Shown piece by piece: positions 51,051 through 61,243 of a stretch of 64,000 nucleotides of DNA (its first letter is position 1; the number at the start of each line of letters is the position of its first letter). Position numbers and translations under genes: made by a program. This DNA comes from an uncultured delta proteobacterium (lineage in GTDB: Bacteria > Desulfobacterota > Desulfobacteria > Desulfobacterales > JAFDCJ01): contig CAVYNY010000033.1 of assembly GCA_963769935.1 (NCBI GenBank), positions 29,621 through 93,620 on the forward strand, given 5' to 3'. A model generated the notes under the pieces. It ran no database searches. It was given only the letters and a program-made list of their open reading frames with translations, and had not been told where the DNA came from.

Positions 51051-51824
51051 CTAATCGTTCAAAATACTGCCATATAGCCGTTTCGTATTTTCAGCAACTG
51101 CATCCATCACTTGCTCTGCGGTGACATTTTTTAATTCCGCGACGGCGTTAAGCGAGGTTGCTACATTGGCCGGCTCGTTGCGCTCATTTGGGTCGGATCC
51201 CAGCACAGGACTGTCGGTTTCCAACAGGATACATGAGAGCGGCAGGCTTTTGACAAGCTTTTGTTTCTGCCGGGAACGCACCACCGACGGCGGGATGGAG
51301 AAAAAGTACCCGGCTTCAACCGCCGGAAAGGCGGCCGATGCCTTACCGTCAAAGGCATGCATTTGAACCCGGGCGGCACCGCATTCGAGCAGCAAAGCAA
51401 CCGCATGCCTGCCCGCCGAACGGGAATGGACGTTGAGCGGCAGCTCCAGCTCTTTGGACAGCGCGATGAAACCTTTAAAGATATCTCTTTGAATATCTTT
51501 GTCGGCGTTATCTTTTATGATCCAGAAGTCGAGGCCGACCTCCCCGATGGCGAAAAGGCGGGAACGCTCTTTGCGGATAAAAGCGATCATATCGTCTGCC
51601 TGGGCCGGGTCCAGAATGGTCGGATAGAGCCCGGCCGCCGGTCTGAGCATGGGATGCGCAGCGGAAAGCTCTAAATTTTTGCGCGCATCGGATATATTTT
51701 CGCCGACGGCAATCACAGCGCCGACGCCGGCGGCCGCGGCCCTTCGCAGCACCTCCGCCCGGTCCGCATCAAACATGGGATCACAGATGTGCGCGTGGGT
51801 GTCGACCAGCTTATGATTCGGCAT
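51051..51824 (-). CDS. tatD: TatD family hydrolase
   Basis: VDTHAH, IGEVGLD, VHSR, HAF, LLETDSP, RNEP. Confidence 0.92.
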   Translation of the reverse strand: MPNHKLVDTHAHICDPMFDADRAEVLRRAAAAGVGAVIAVGENISDARKNLELSAAHPMLRPAAGLYPTILDPAQADDMIAFIRKERSRLFAIGEVGLDFWIIKDNADKDIQRDIFKGFIALSKELELPLNVHSRSAGRHAVALLLECGAARVQMHAFDGKASAAFPAVEAGYFFSIPPSVVRSRQKQKLVKSLPLSCILLETDSPVLGSDPNERNEPANVATSLNAVAELKNVTAEQVMDAVAENTKRLYGSILND

Positions 51825-51939
51825 AATTGCAGGACTCAAGGCGCAGGGTGCAAGGTTTAAGGTAAAAGGATGAAACTTCTTCGGTTATAGATTCCACCGG
51901 TTCGCCATCTGCCGGAGTTACAATAACATCACCTTAATT

Positions 51940-52542
51940 TCAGGCACTTTCTTTAATGGGAAATTTGTCCGTTGCCACTTCCGACGGCGGCTTGCGGGTA
52001 TTGGGAGATTCCATGGCGGACAAATCTTCAGGCAGGTCACCGCCGGATTCATCCTTGCGTCCCACTGCAATGGCGGCCATCACATGATACTCATCCTTGG
52101 AAACCCCCAGGACCTCGTAGGCTTTTTCCTGGCTGAAGCCGGCCATGGCATGGGCATAAAGCCCCAGCCTGCGGGCCTGCAGGGCCAAGGCCATCCAGGC
52201 GGCGCCCGCATCGTAGGGCGCGTGGCGGTTGTCCCGGCCGCCCTGCCGAAACTTTTTTCTGGCCAGGACAAACATCAGCAGCGGACATTTGCCGGCCCAT
52301 CGCTGATTTTTGGGCACCAGGGCCGAGACCAATTTTTCGCGCTGCGCGGGCTCGGTGGCGTAAACGAAAAGCCAGGGTTGTTCGTTATAGCAGGACGGCG
52401 CCCAACGGGCGGCCTCAAACAGGGAATTTATCTGTTGCTCCGGTAAGGGATCGGACAAAAATGCCCTCGGCGACCAGCGGTCGATGAACATGCTGTCGAC
52501 TTCACATTCAGGAGTTCTGGTGTTCGGTGTTTTCCCTGCCAT
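51940..52542 (-). CDS. nitroreductase family protein
   Basis: RWSPRAF, AARWAPSCYNEQPW, YDAGAA, HAMAGF. Confidence 0.93.
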   Translation of the reverse strand: MAGKTPNTRTPECEVDSMFIDRWSPRAFLSDPLPEQQINSLFEAARWAPSCYNEQPWLFVYATEPAQREKLVSALVPKNQRWAGKCPLLMFVLARKKFRQGGRDNRHAPYDAGAAWMALALQARRLGLYAHAMAGFSQEKAYEVLGVSKDEYHVMAAIAVGRKDESGGDLPEDLSAMESPNTRKPPSEVATDKFPIKESA

Positions 52543-52808
52543 GAATGTCTCCTTTTCTATAGTTTCGTATGGGACACGGATGAACACGGATTAAATGGAT
52601 AAGATGGTAATTGCTAAGTGCTTGGATTCGCAATTACAGTTACGTATGCTTGGATAGAGAATTGTTAATATTGCTCACTGAGCACTAAGTTCTTAGTGAA
52701 TAAATACGTAATCGTATTTATGAATCGATGGACTGAGTGAAGGATTGAGAAATTAAGAAAGAGATTTTATCATTTATGAACCTGTGTCGATCGGTGTAAA
52801 TCTGTGTC

Positions 52809-53639
52809 CTATTCATTAAAAATAAGTTCGCGCAGTTGCTGGATGATTGATTTGCTGACTTGGATGGGGAATCCGTCTTCGCTGGCCTCTTTGCGGTTCG
52901 TGACCCCGTCGACACATCCATTGGCAACCAGATAATTGGCAATGGATTCGGGATCGACGAGTTCAAACAAATCACGGTCCAAAAGATCGCATAGCACGGC
53001 AATGACGCCATACACACCCCAGTTGGAAACCGACGCAATCACCAGCTCCTCGCAGCCGGTAACCGATGGAATAATATCCATATCAGCCAGAGCCTCGGCT
53101 ACCTTGCCCATGCCGATTTCGTTTCCGCCATCCCCAAAGGCAATGCTGGGGCAGTTGCTTTCCAGCAAAAAAAGATCAAATTTAGCCGTGGCGTCCGTGA
53201 TATCTTTCCGGTGCATATTATAATACCGTCCGTCGGCCGCTACCCCCGGTCGCTCGATGGATACTATCAACTTCGGGTCCAAGTCCTGCAGTGCCTTTCT
53301 GATTGCCGGACGGCTCTCATTCCAGCCTGCCAGGGGAAGCTCATATGTTAAAAAACCATTGGACAATATTTTAGATATCGGCGGGGCACAGGCAAATACC
53401 GGCTCGTAGGCGAGATCAAGCAATATCCGGTAGAGAGAGATGGCACCGATGGGACCGTCGCTTTCAAAGCTGCCGGAAACCGGGAATCCGGTTCCGATTA
53501 CCACCACCCCTTTGCTGTTTAAAACGAGTTCAGCGGCCCGCCGGCAATAACCGGGCGTCAGGCTCGTCTGCAATCGATCCATCCCCCGGTTACCGTGCTG
53601 CAGAATAATCTTTTCGATTTTTTCGGATAGATTATTCAT
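52809..53639 (-). CDS. DUF4392 / D-glutamate cyclase-like protein
   Basis: TGFP, ESDGPIGA, IERPG..DG.YYNM, GDGGNEIGMG, SVSNWG, DGV. Confidence 0.88.
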   Translation of the reverse strand: MNNLSEKIEKIILQHGNRGMDRLQTSLTPGYCRRAAELVLNSKGVVVIGTGFPVSGSFESDGPIGAISLYRILLDLAYEPVFACAPPISKILSNGFLTYELPLAGWNESRPAIRKALQDLDPKLIVSIERPGVAADGRYYNMHRKDITDATAKFDLFLLESNCPSIAFGDGGNEIGMGKVAEALADMDIIPSVTGCEELVIASVSNWGVYGVIAVLCDLLDRDLFELVDPESIANYLVANGCVDGVTNRKEASEDGFPIQVSKSIIQQLRELIFNE

Positions 53640-54039
53640 TTTCTTTCTTTTTCTTTTTCTTGGGCCGTTTAGTACCATGGGTCCCACGAGAAATTTTGCC
53701 CCGTTTTGTACGTATGTCACCTTTACCCATTTGCTGTTTCTCCTTTCATTTCAGTTTATTGGAATAAAAGCTGATGGGTTGATTGAGTTGCATAAGTTGA
53801 TAGGGGATATTGATTTATATGACTGAATCCTTCGCCTTTATCAACCGATCACCGACTCAACCAATCAAATTTTCGTTTTCAACATTTCTGCTCAATCAGG
53901 GGAGCGTGCAATATAACGCGAAAACATAGATTGTCAATTACTATATTCTGCCGCAAGTTAAACATCATCTCTGCCCCTGGTCGCTGTATCTTATTATATA
54001 TTGTTCAATCCCAAGAAGCTGATTATTTCTCGTGTCATT

Positions 54040-54462
54040 TTAGCCGGGAAATCTAATCGTTACTTCTTCTCTCCCTTCTTTTTCTTTCATTTTGACCTGA
54101 AGTTCGACGCTGTCATTGCGGATACCCAGGGCCAGCTGCGTCTTGCCTTTTTGACCTTCGATATGGGTGATTTCCCGGACTGCTTTTATTATCCTGGCAC
54201 CGACTTCCGAGCCCGGTGAAGGCAGTTCCGACTCTCGATATTTTGCTACAACCTGGACCTTGCCGTCCGAAGATCGGGTAATGGTTACTTCTTCAGCGTT
54301 GTCATTTACGCCATGCAACGCCGCCAGTGCCAGCCACTTGAGGGCCGCTTCTTCCTTGTCCCCATCATTTTTTACGATGGACATCTCTTTGAGCGGGTCG
54401 TTGGTGGCATAACAATCGCAAAGTTCCTGAACTTTTAAATGCACATTGCGTTTTTCCTTCAT
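54040..54462 (-). CDS. hypothetical protein resembling the N2 domain of PilB/GspE ATPases
   Basis: RBS AAGGAG; the pattern A..G...AEEVTI...VELQV......G.E.VTIRF echoes A....ASDIHI...DLRVS.....GE.VVIR; no Walker A motif. Confidence 0.7.
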   Translation of the reverse strand: MKEKRNVHLKVQELCDCYATNDPLKEMSIVKNDGDKEEAALKWLALAALHGVNDNAEEVTITRSSDGKVQVVAKYRESELPSPGSEVGARIIKAVREITHIEGQKGKTQLALGIRNDSVELQVKMKEKEGREEVTIRFPG

Positions 54463-55213
54463 ATTTTGATCTCCTTTCATTCGATCCATGAGGGCGGTTA
54501 CATGATGTTATTATTACATGCTAACTTATGCATTATTGGATAAAATGCAAGATGGGTTTGGTCGGTGGTCAGTGGAGATTGGAAGTTGGACGTTTTACGT
54601 GTAGGCGAAATTCGACGTTCTTTCTTTTTACTGTTTCGCCTGCGTGAAGTTTAATCGGAGTTGTCGGCGGCGCTGCTGACTTATATGGAACTTCATTAAG
54701 TTCGAGGTCATTTTTATGAAGCGTCTCACCGCTGAGAGCGCAGAGAGCGCGGAGATTAATTAAACTTTTCTTTCTCGGCGTTCTCGGCGTTCTCTGCGGT
54801 GAATTATTATGTTTCTTTTTCGATCAGACTGGACGCTGGCGGACAGAGGCGGTGCTCGTATGAAACTTCATCCAATCTATGGTTATTTTTAGGTTGAAGT
54901 TAATGTCTGGTGGGAGTGGTTTTTAACCACGATTACATATGCTTGCCCGATCGAGTCCATCGCGGTTGCCTCCATCCCCGCTTCCAGCCCGTAGGGCTTA
55001 CAGGCCGGAGGGTAGGGCTTACGCCCCGGAGGGAAAACCGCTCGCACAACCACTTTAAACAGTGTTCAGGTACCCACAAAAGTTTCATCTTTGATCAAAC
55101 TGGCCGCACTAAAATATAATCTTTGCGGCCAGTGGTCCGCTGGCGGAACACCCGAACCTGAAACCAGATTTTTGCTTTCTGTCTTCTGTCCTCCGTCGTC
55201 TGTCCTCTGCGAA

Positions 55214-55804
55214 TTATCCAAACACATCCCGGTAAGCAGCCGCCAGAATGCACCCTTGAATCGGGATGGTGAAGACGACGCCGATGCCGAAGGCAATGAG
55301 CCCAATGCTGCCGATGACTCCTGCCACAATGGACAGCCCGAAAAAAGGCCAAAAGTTTGTTTTTACCGTATTGATGCTTTCCATGGAGGCCGGCCAGAAT
55401 TCCATCTGCCTGTCCACGATGAGAAAAAGCCCGAACATTAAAAAGGCTTGGGCCGCATAAACACCGAAAAGAGATGCCAGATGTCCGATAATGGGAATGA
55501 CGCCCATAATTAAAGAAACGATAAATATACCGATACCCCACACAATTACAAAAAGAAAGGAGTGCCGGAAATAATCAAACCCCTTAAATATTCTGCCGGC
55601 TTCCGGTTTGGGTTCCTTTCCGGCTCTCAGATCCAGCGTCAGCAGCGCCAGTCCGGCCAGCATGGGACCGGCCAGAATACCAACCGTCACGGAACTCAGC
55701 ACCACCAGGAAGATGGAAGCCAGAACCAGGGTTTTAAAATTTTTTTTATACAGGTTAAATCCATTTTCAATCCAATCCCCGAATCTGACCGGAACCTTTT
55801 GCAT
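55214..55804 (-). CDS. hypothetical integral membrane protein
   Basis: RBS AAGGAG; 4-5 TM helices; GP..AG, F.GF..F, A..ES...VK.NF pattern. Confidence 0.85.
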   Translation of the reverse strand: MQKVPVRFGDWIENGFNLYKKNFKTLVLASIFLVVLSSVTVGILAGPMLAGLALLTLDLRAGKEPKPEAGRIFKGFDYFRHSFLFVIVWGIGIFIVSLIMGVIPIIGHLASLFGVYAAQAFLMFGLFLIVDRQMEFWPASMESINTVKTNFWPFFGLSIVAGVIGSIGLIAFGIGVVFTIPIQGCILAAAYRDVFG

Positions 55805-56024
55805 TTTTGACTCTCCTTTATTTTAAAGGGACACAGATCTTTACAGATTTACACAGATAAATAGCTGATAAATTCATAGACTACCTTTCTTATGATCGCT
55901 CCGACAAAGTCTTCCTTTTCACGCGTTCAGCCGCTTATACCTGCCTCTCACCTTGCTTACCTTCCCATCTTCTCAGCTTCTCCGCTTGCTCCCATCTCCG
56001 GTTCCCTGCTTCCCCATTTCCAAA

Positions 56025-57194
56025 CTATAGTCCCCTGGGCCCCGGCGGTTTGCGGCGCTTAATGGGATCGAGCCACTGGGCGGCTCCGACCAGACTGATC
56101 AATACGTCATCAACGGCGCCTAAACCCGGTATACTGTCGGGAATAAGATCAATGGGTGATATCAACCAGATAACAGCGATACCCGTGATGATAATCTTGC
56201 GCATCCAGACTGCGATTTCGCCAAATAGCGAATCAACTTTCAAAATTGACGTGCAAGGTATCAGGAAGAAGCCTCTTTCGTCACCGTAAAGCTCCAAAAT
56301 ACGGTGTTCCCGCACCAGGCGGTGGGAGATTGCCTGGGCAATCCCGCGGATTGCAAGCGACGAATCCAGCTCATTTTGTTTGCCGTATTCGCGCTGCACA
56401 ACTGCCAGGACACCATCTTCGGTGATAAATCCGTCTTCCATGGTGCGTTTGGCGATTCTAAGGCTGCATTTATACTCCAGCCGATCATCGACAGCGTGCA
56501 GACGGTTCAGCACATTCTGCTGACCGACGATATCACCGTATTTACTGAACTGTAAAACAATCCCGACCAGCATGGCAACCGTCCCCAGGCCAAATATCAG
56601 GGTGGGCCGCGGCTCGTGCGACAAAATCTGCATGACCGGCACGAGAAAGGCCACCACCACCAGCGCGAAGCGGCGGCCGGCCTTTTTCTGGGTGAAGGCG
56701 ATGGCAATAAAAAAAATAAGAAGCAAAATTCCGGGATTGCGAAAGATGTCCTGCAGCCAGACCGGCAGAATGCTGCCGATGCCGGCCGCGTCTTTTAGGG
56801 TGACCACGTAGTCTTTGAGCCGTCCCAGCAGGCCGTAAGATGATTCCGGGGCAAGGGGCAGGCCTGCAATTCGGCCGATAAGCAAGGCGACGGGGACGAT
56901 CAGAAGACAGTGAAGCACCAGATTGATTCCAGCGGGCCGGCCCAGCAGATAAACTTCCCAGCAAAACCCGGCTACCAGAAGTATCGCCAGAATACCGACA
57001 AAAATTCCCTGGTTATAAGTGAAGTATTTGTCGCCATACCATGGATCCTGTCCCATCAGCGCCACGGCGGCAATGTACAGCAGGGCGACGGCAATCCATT
57101 TCGGGTCGCTGACCCCGGATATTCCGGCCTTTCGCTGTTTTTTAAGCGGCTTTTTGATCTGGCCTGCCGGCGCTTTAGTTGCGGAATCGTTCAT
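56025..57194 (-). CDS. multi-pass membrane protein with a C-terminal YkvA/DUF1232 domain
   Basis: About 6 TM helices, a soluble segment, then WLISPIDLIPDSIPGLGAVDD. Confidence 0.82.
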   Translation of the reverse strand: MNDSATKAPAGQIKKPLKKQRKAGISGVSDPKWIAVALLYIAAVALMGQDPWYGDKYFTYNQGIFVGILAILLVAGFCWEVYLLGRPAGINLVLHCLLIVPVALLIGRIAGLPLAPESSYGLLGRLKDYVVTLKDAAGIGSILPVWLQDIFRNPGILLLIFFIAIAFTQKKAGRRFALVVVAFLVPVMQILSHEPRPTLIFGLGTVAMLVGIVLQFSKYGDIVGQQNVLNRLHAVDDRLEYKCSLRIAKRTMEDGFITEDGVLAVVQREYGKQNELDSSLAIRGIAQAISHRLVREHRILELYGDERGFFLIPCTSILKVDSLFGEIAVWMRKIIITGIAVIWLISPIDLIPDSIPGLGAVDDVLISLVGAAQWLDPIKRRKPPGPRGL

Positions 57195-58300
57195 AATTTT
57201 TCGGTTTTTTTGAGTTCCCGGGTGAGGTCATCCAGCTTTTTCTGGAAATCTTTTCTTTTCCAGCGCCGGTTCTGAATAATCTGCCGACCTTCAAACCAGT
57301 ACCAGCGATCCAGGACGTGGGTATAAATGTCAGCCTTCAATGCGTCGGCTTCTTTCATAGCGTCGAGCTCTTCACTATCACAGATGTCCAGTGCTTTGTC
57401 CCGGTAAAAAACATCCGGGTCATCGTCTTCTTCATATCCCCCCAACCGCCAGATGAAAACATACAACCTGGCCTGTTCCAGGCGCAATTTTTGATAAAGA
57501 TCGGTTAATTCGGTCAGCTTTTCATTGCTGACATCCGGGTGTTTTTTTTGGGCATCAATTGTGCTGCAGGTACGGTCGATTTGGCGGGCGACGGCCTCGG
57601 TTTCCTGTCGATAGGCCGCTTTTGTTTCCGAGGAGAAGCTGCGGATGCGTTCGGCGCCTCTAAGAAACGCCTGTCCAAAGTAATAATTGGCGAATGGGTC
57701 TTCCGGAAAACCGTTCAGATAGACCCGGGTCGAAGTTTGCAGGACGAGCAACCGGTCGGCATCGAGCAACAGTTCCCAGTAGCGGTAATAAAGCTGGTGC
57801 CAACCCTCCCGGTCTTTATCCGGAAGTTTCGCCAGCGCTGATTCGGCCACCTGGATGGCCTCGGATAATTTGCCCTCCTGGAAGTAAAGCCGGTCGATTT
57901 CAACCAATACCTTCAGCCAAGGTTTATTGCGAATGTTGGAGGGCGTCAGCGAATCTTCAAGGATGGGACCGCCGATGGTCATGGTGCCCAGATCCTTAGG
58001 CGCCGGTTTGAAAAATCGATTCAGCGGGAAAAAGACGATCACCAGAATGACGGCGCCAATGATCATAAAAAGCAGGCGAATTTTATCGGATGCGGATGAG
58101 GCGGGTGGGTCCAGCGCCAACTTAACAGCCATGGGATCATAACCTTCATCCAGGGCGATTTCTATCTTTTCAGCGGCGTCAACGGACTCAGTTCTTGGCA
58201 AAAAACCCATGACCGCCTGGGCGGTCGTTTCAGGCTGAACCTGAAAATCGGAATGACCCTGCTTTACCGGCAACCTATTATTATTCTGATTTGTGGTCAT
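57191..58300 (-). CDS. single-TM helical (TPR-like) hypothetical protein
   Basis: One TM helix (LLFMIIGAVILVIVFF); TPR-like LYFQEGKLSEAI and FPEDPFANYYFG; ATGA overlap with the downstream gene. Confidence 0.78.
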   Translation of the reverse strand: MTTNQNNNRLPVKQGHSDFQVQPETTAQAVMGFLPRTESVDAAEKIEIALDEGYDPMAVKLALDPPASSASDKIRLLFMIIGAVILVIVFFPLNRFFKPAPKDLGTMTIGGPILEDSLTPSNIRNKPWLKVLVEIDRLYFQEGKLSEAIQVAESALAKLPDKDREGWHQLYYRYWELLLDADRLLVLQTSTRVYLNGFPEDPFANYYFGQAFLRGAERIRSFSSETKAAYRQETEAVARQIDRTCSTIDAQKKHPDVSNEKLTELTDLYQKLRLEQARLYVFIWRLGGYEEDDDPDVFYRDKALDICDSEELDAMKEADALKADIYTHVLDRWYWFEGRQIIQNRRWKRKDFQKKLDDLTRELKKTEKL

Positions 58301-58737
58301 GGCCTGATTTGGTTGGCTTTAGAAAGCAGTTGATTTTGCTTTAAAATAGGTAAGATTTGTAAAATAGTCAAATCATTAATCACAGGCCACCGATGTCAAA
58401 AGGCAAAGGTCAGATCGGATTGACGTCTCTTCTTTTAAATTTACTATATGATGGGATTTTCGCTTTGCAGCATCCGGCTGGTGCCGGTTTTGACATTATT
58501 ATCGGCAAAAGGGCTCCTGGAGTTAAGCAGGATCATTAAAATTGCAGCGCATCCGTTTCGCAATCGCTTATAGCAGCCTTACCCCATAAGATTTTATTGA
58601 CTTATCAGCCGTTTAATACGATATCTATTCTCAGGACAGATCGGTTATGGTATATTTTTGCTGTCTCTCGTCCTGTTGTTCAGGCAGCTGCAGGGGGTAT
58701 TCAAATTACCGGTTCATCCGGGTTAGGGTGGAAATAT

Positions 58738-59520
58738 ATGATGATACGGATACAGAAAGCCGGGGCGTCCTTAAATGCTCTGATTATTTTTAATATGTTT
58801 GTCTGGGCGACTATGTTTTTCTCCGGATGCGGGGGCAGCGAAAATATTCCCCCGGCCAGCGTCCTTTCAAGCGGCCGGGTAACGCTGTCGTGGAACCAAG
58901 TTCCGGGGGCGGCTTCCTATAACCTCTATTTCGCCACCTCGCCGGGAGTCACCGCGCTCAACAGCTTTAAAATTTCAGATGTTTCGAACCCTATTACGAT
59001 TACCGACTTGGAGCCCGGCACCACTTATTATTTTGTCGTTACAGTGGAGGATGATTCAGGGGCGAGCAGAAAATCAAAAGAAGTTGCGTATACGGTTGCC
59101 GATACGAACGGTTCGATTCAATTTGGTGATATTTTAAGCCAATCTAAATCGGAGGGAAAATCCATCGCATCCGAAGCGGCGCCCGCTGGAACTTCCGAAA
59201 AAGTACCGGATGCCTCAACTCCGATGATAAAATCCTCCGAAAAGCCTGATTCGAGGCACCAGCCGCTGGAATCGGCTAACCCGACTGAGGATGTAACCTT
59301 AGCGTGGGACAGCGTGCCGAATGCAGCTTCATACAACATCTACTGGAGTGATAAGGCGGGGGTTACCAGGCAGAACGGCACCAAAATATCCAACGTAAAG
59401 AATCCTTACAAAATGAAGGGATTGATAAAGGGAAAAAAATACTATTTTGTCGTTACGGCCGTCAATGCTTCGGGGGAAAGCAGGGAGTCCGATGAATTTT
59501 CATTTACCGTGGGACAATGA
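58738..59520 (+). CDS. lipoprotein with two fibronectin type III domains
   Basis: Lipobox FFSGC; two copies of VTL.W..VP.AASYN.Y...GV...YYFVVT; Ser/Pro/Glu linker. Confidence 0.88.
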   Translation: MMIRIQKAGASLNALIIFNMFVWATMFFSGCGGSENIPPASVLSSGRVTLSWNQVPGAASYNLYFATSPGVTALNSFKISDVSNPITITDLEPGTTYYFVVTVEDDSGASRKSKEVAYTVADTNGSIQFGDILSQSKSEGKSIASEAAPAGTSEKVPDASTPMIKSSEKPDSRHQPLESANPTEDVTLAWDSVPNAASYNIYWSDKAGVTRQNGTKISNVKNPYKMKGLIKGKKYYFVVTAVNASGESRESDEFSFTVGQ

Positions 59521-59558
59521 TTTTGGTTTATTGAGTCGATTAAGTTGATTAAGTCTCG

Positions 59559-59824
59559 ATTGACCCCAACGTTGCAAAAGCCGGAGGGTTTCAGAGTCAA
59601 GGCGTCTGAGGGTGAAGTCGTAGTTCTTTACTTCGAACCCTCAGCAACGCAGAATCTGAAGTCCTCCGGCTTTCCCGAAGGGGAAACAACATGGCAAAAT
59701 CGACCCCATCCTTCGAATTCACCAATGGAGGTATCCAAGAATTTGTCATTTTGCTATGATATTGTCTATAATTGCGGAGCATTATCTAATCTTTGCCATG
59801 TTGTTTCTGCAACTAAGGGGTTGA
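59559..59824. repeat. about 265 bp element with terminal inverted repeats and two long internal hairpins
   Basis: Ends TTGACCCCAACGTTGCA and TGCAACTAAGGGGTTGA. Hairpin 1: AAAGCCGGAGG...CCTCCGGCTTT. Hairpin 2: perfect 16 bp GAAACAACATGGCAAA / TTTGCCATGTTGTTTC. Confidence 0.75.
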
Positions 59825-59877
59825 GATTGCTTGTGATGTAGGAATCCGATATTAATTCAAGTATGCGAGAAGACAAA

Positions 59878-60309
59878 ATGGCCACCAGTTTGAATGAGCG
59901 AGTTGTTAAGTTGATCCTGCCCAGTATGATCGGCTATGAACGAATTGCCATGTCCTCCCTGGCATCGTTCGCGGCCATGTATGACTTTCCTTCAGGACGG
60001 GTTGAAGATTTAAAGACCGTGGTGGCCGAAGCCGCCATAAATGCAATGCAGCACGGCAACAAATGGCGTCCGGAAGCCGAGGTTCGTATCGGGTTTCATT
60101 TTTTTAATGATGCCATCCAAATTTTCGTGACGGACGAAGGCAAGGGCATCAAAGACCTGGTGCCCCAACCCGATATTGAACGAATTATGAAGAAATTAGA
60201 CCCTCCCGTGGGGTTCGGTATATTTCTGATCCGGCAGCTGGCAGATGAAGTCGAATTCAACGCCGATACTGAAAACGGCCACTGTATGAAGATGGTCATT
60301 AAAAAATAA
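59878..60309 (+). CDS. anti-sigma factor/serine kinase (RsbW-like HATPase)
   Basis: EAAINAMQHGN N-box, DEGKG, GFGIFLIRQLADEV. Confidence 0.9.
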   Translation: MATSLNERVVKLILPSMIGYERIAMSSLASFAAMYDFPSGRVEDLKTVVAEAAINAMQHGNKWRPEAEVRIGFHFFNDAIQIFVTDEGKGIKDLVPQPDIERIMKKLDPPVGFGIFLIRQLADEVEFNADTENGHCMKMVIKK

Positions 60310-60379
60310 TTCTCGAATCTTAAAAAATCCGCAGCAGAACCTCTGCCTCTTCTGCGGAGAAGAAAGCGCAGGTTTTAAG

Positions 60380-60742
60380 ATGCAGGAAAACAATGACATC
60401 AAGCTGGAGCAAAAGGGTGAAGCTACGATCATGAACATTCGGGGGGATATCACTTCATTTTCCGAAACCCTATTAACAGATTCTTACCGGAAAGTTGTTG
60501 AACAAGGCGCCCGGAAAATAATCCTGAATTTCGACAAGGATGCCTACATCAACAGCGGCGGGATTGCGCTGCTCATCCAGATAATGTATCAGATGCGGGA
60601 AAACAAACAAAACGCTGCTATATCCGGGCTTTCGGAGCATTTTAAAAAAATTTTCAATATGGTCGGAATTACCAAGTTCGCCAAAATATTCGACACCGTG
60701 GATGATGCCCTGGAAGGGATGGAAGGTTCATTGAGTTTATAG
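60380..60742 (+). CDS. STAS-domain anti-sigma factor antagonist (RsbV-like)
   Basis: GDI, YINSGGIALL phosphorylatable Ser motif, IF.MVG. Confidence 0.92.
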   Translation: MQENNDIKLEQKGEATIMNIRGDITSFSETLLTDSYRKVVEQGARKIILNFDKDAYINSGGIALLIQIMYQMRENKQNAAISGLSEHFKKIFNMVGITKFAKIFDTVDDALEGMEGSLSL

Positions 60743-61243
60743 GGTTTGTTGAGTTTGTTGAGTTGATGGTGGTGTTAACCCGCCAGCTCATAGCTCATAG
60801 GTGATAGCTGATAGGTTAAAGGCAAAAGGAGAAAGGTTAAAGGCACATGGTGCAGAGTACCTGAAAGCCGGGGGGCCTGAAAGTTTGAAGTTTAAGGACA
60901 GAAAGACTTTGATTTTTGTTCAAGCGCCTCGCAGCATCCAAGCTTCCCGGCTTATAGCCTTCACGACCCTATGCGCTTTGCGCCATGCTCCACCATGCCT
61001 TTTCTTACCTTCTCACCCTCGCACCCTCCCGCCTTCCCAACTTCTCAACTTCTCATCTTCTTAGTCTCTAACCCTCTCACCCTCGCACCTTCTTACCCTC
61101 CCACCTTCCCAGAAACCTCGCCTCCCAGCTACTGTTCTCCCAGTCCTCAGCCCTCAAATCTCAGTCCTTTACGCTATGCTCTATGCACCATGCCCTCAGT
61201 CCTTTAACCTTTATCCTTTGACCTTTTTCCTTTCACCTTTCTC

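Noticed and set aside
50471..51824. GIY-YIG plus TatD as a defence system
   Set aside because: Both are common housekeeping or repair-type families, and no ATPase or other defence partner is adjacent.
60801..61207. ORFs 60801-61064 and 60971-61207
   Set aside because: Translations of low-complexity 7-8 nt tandem repeats between convergent genes.
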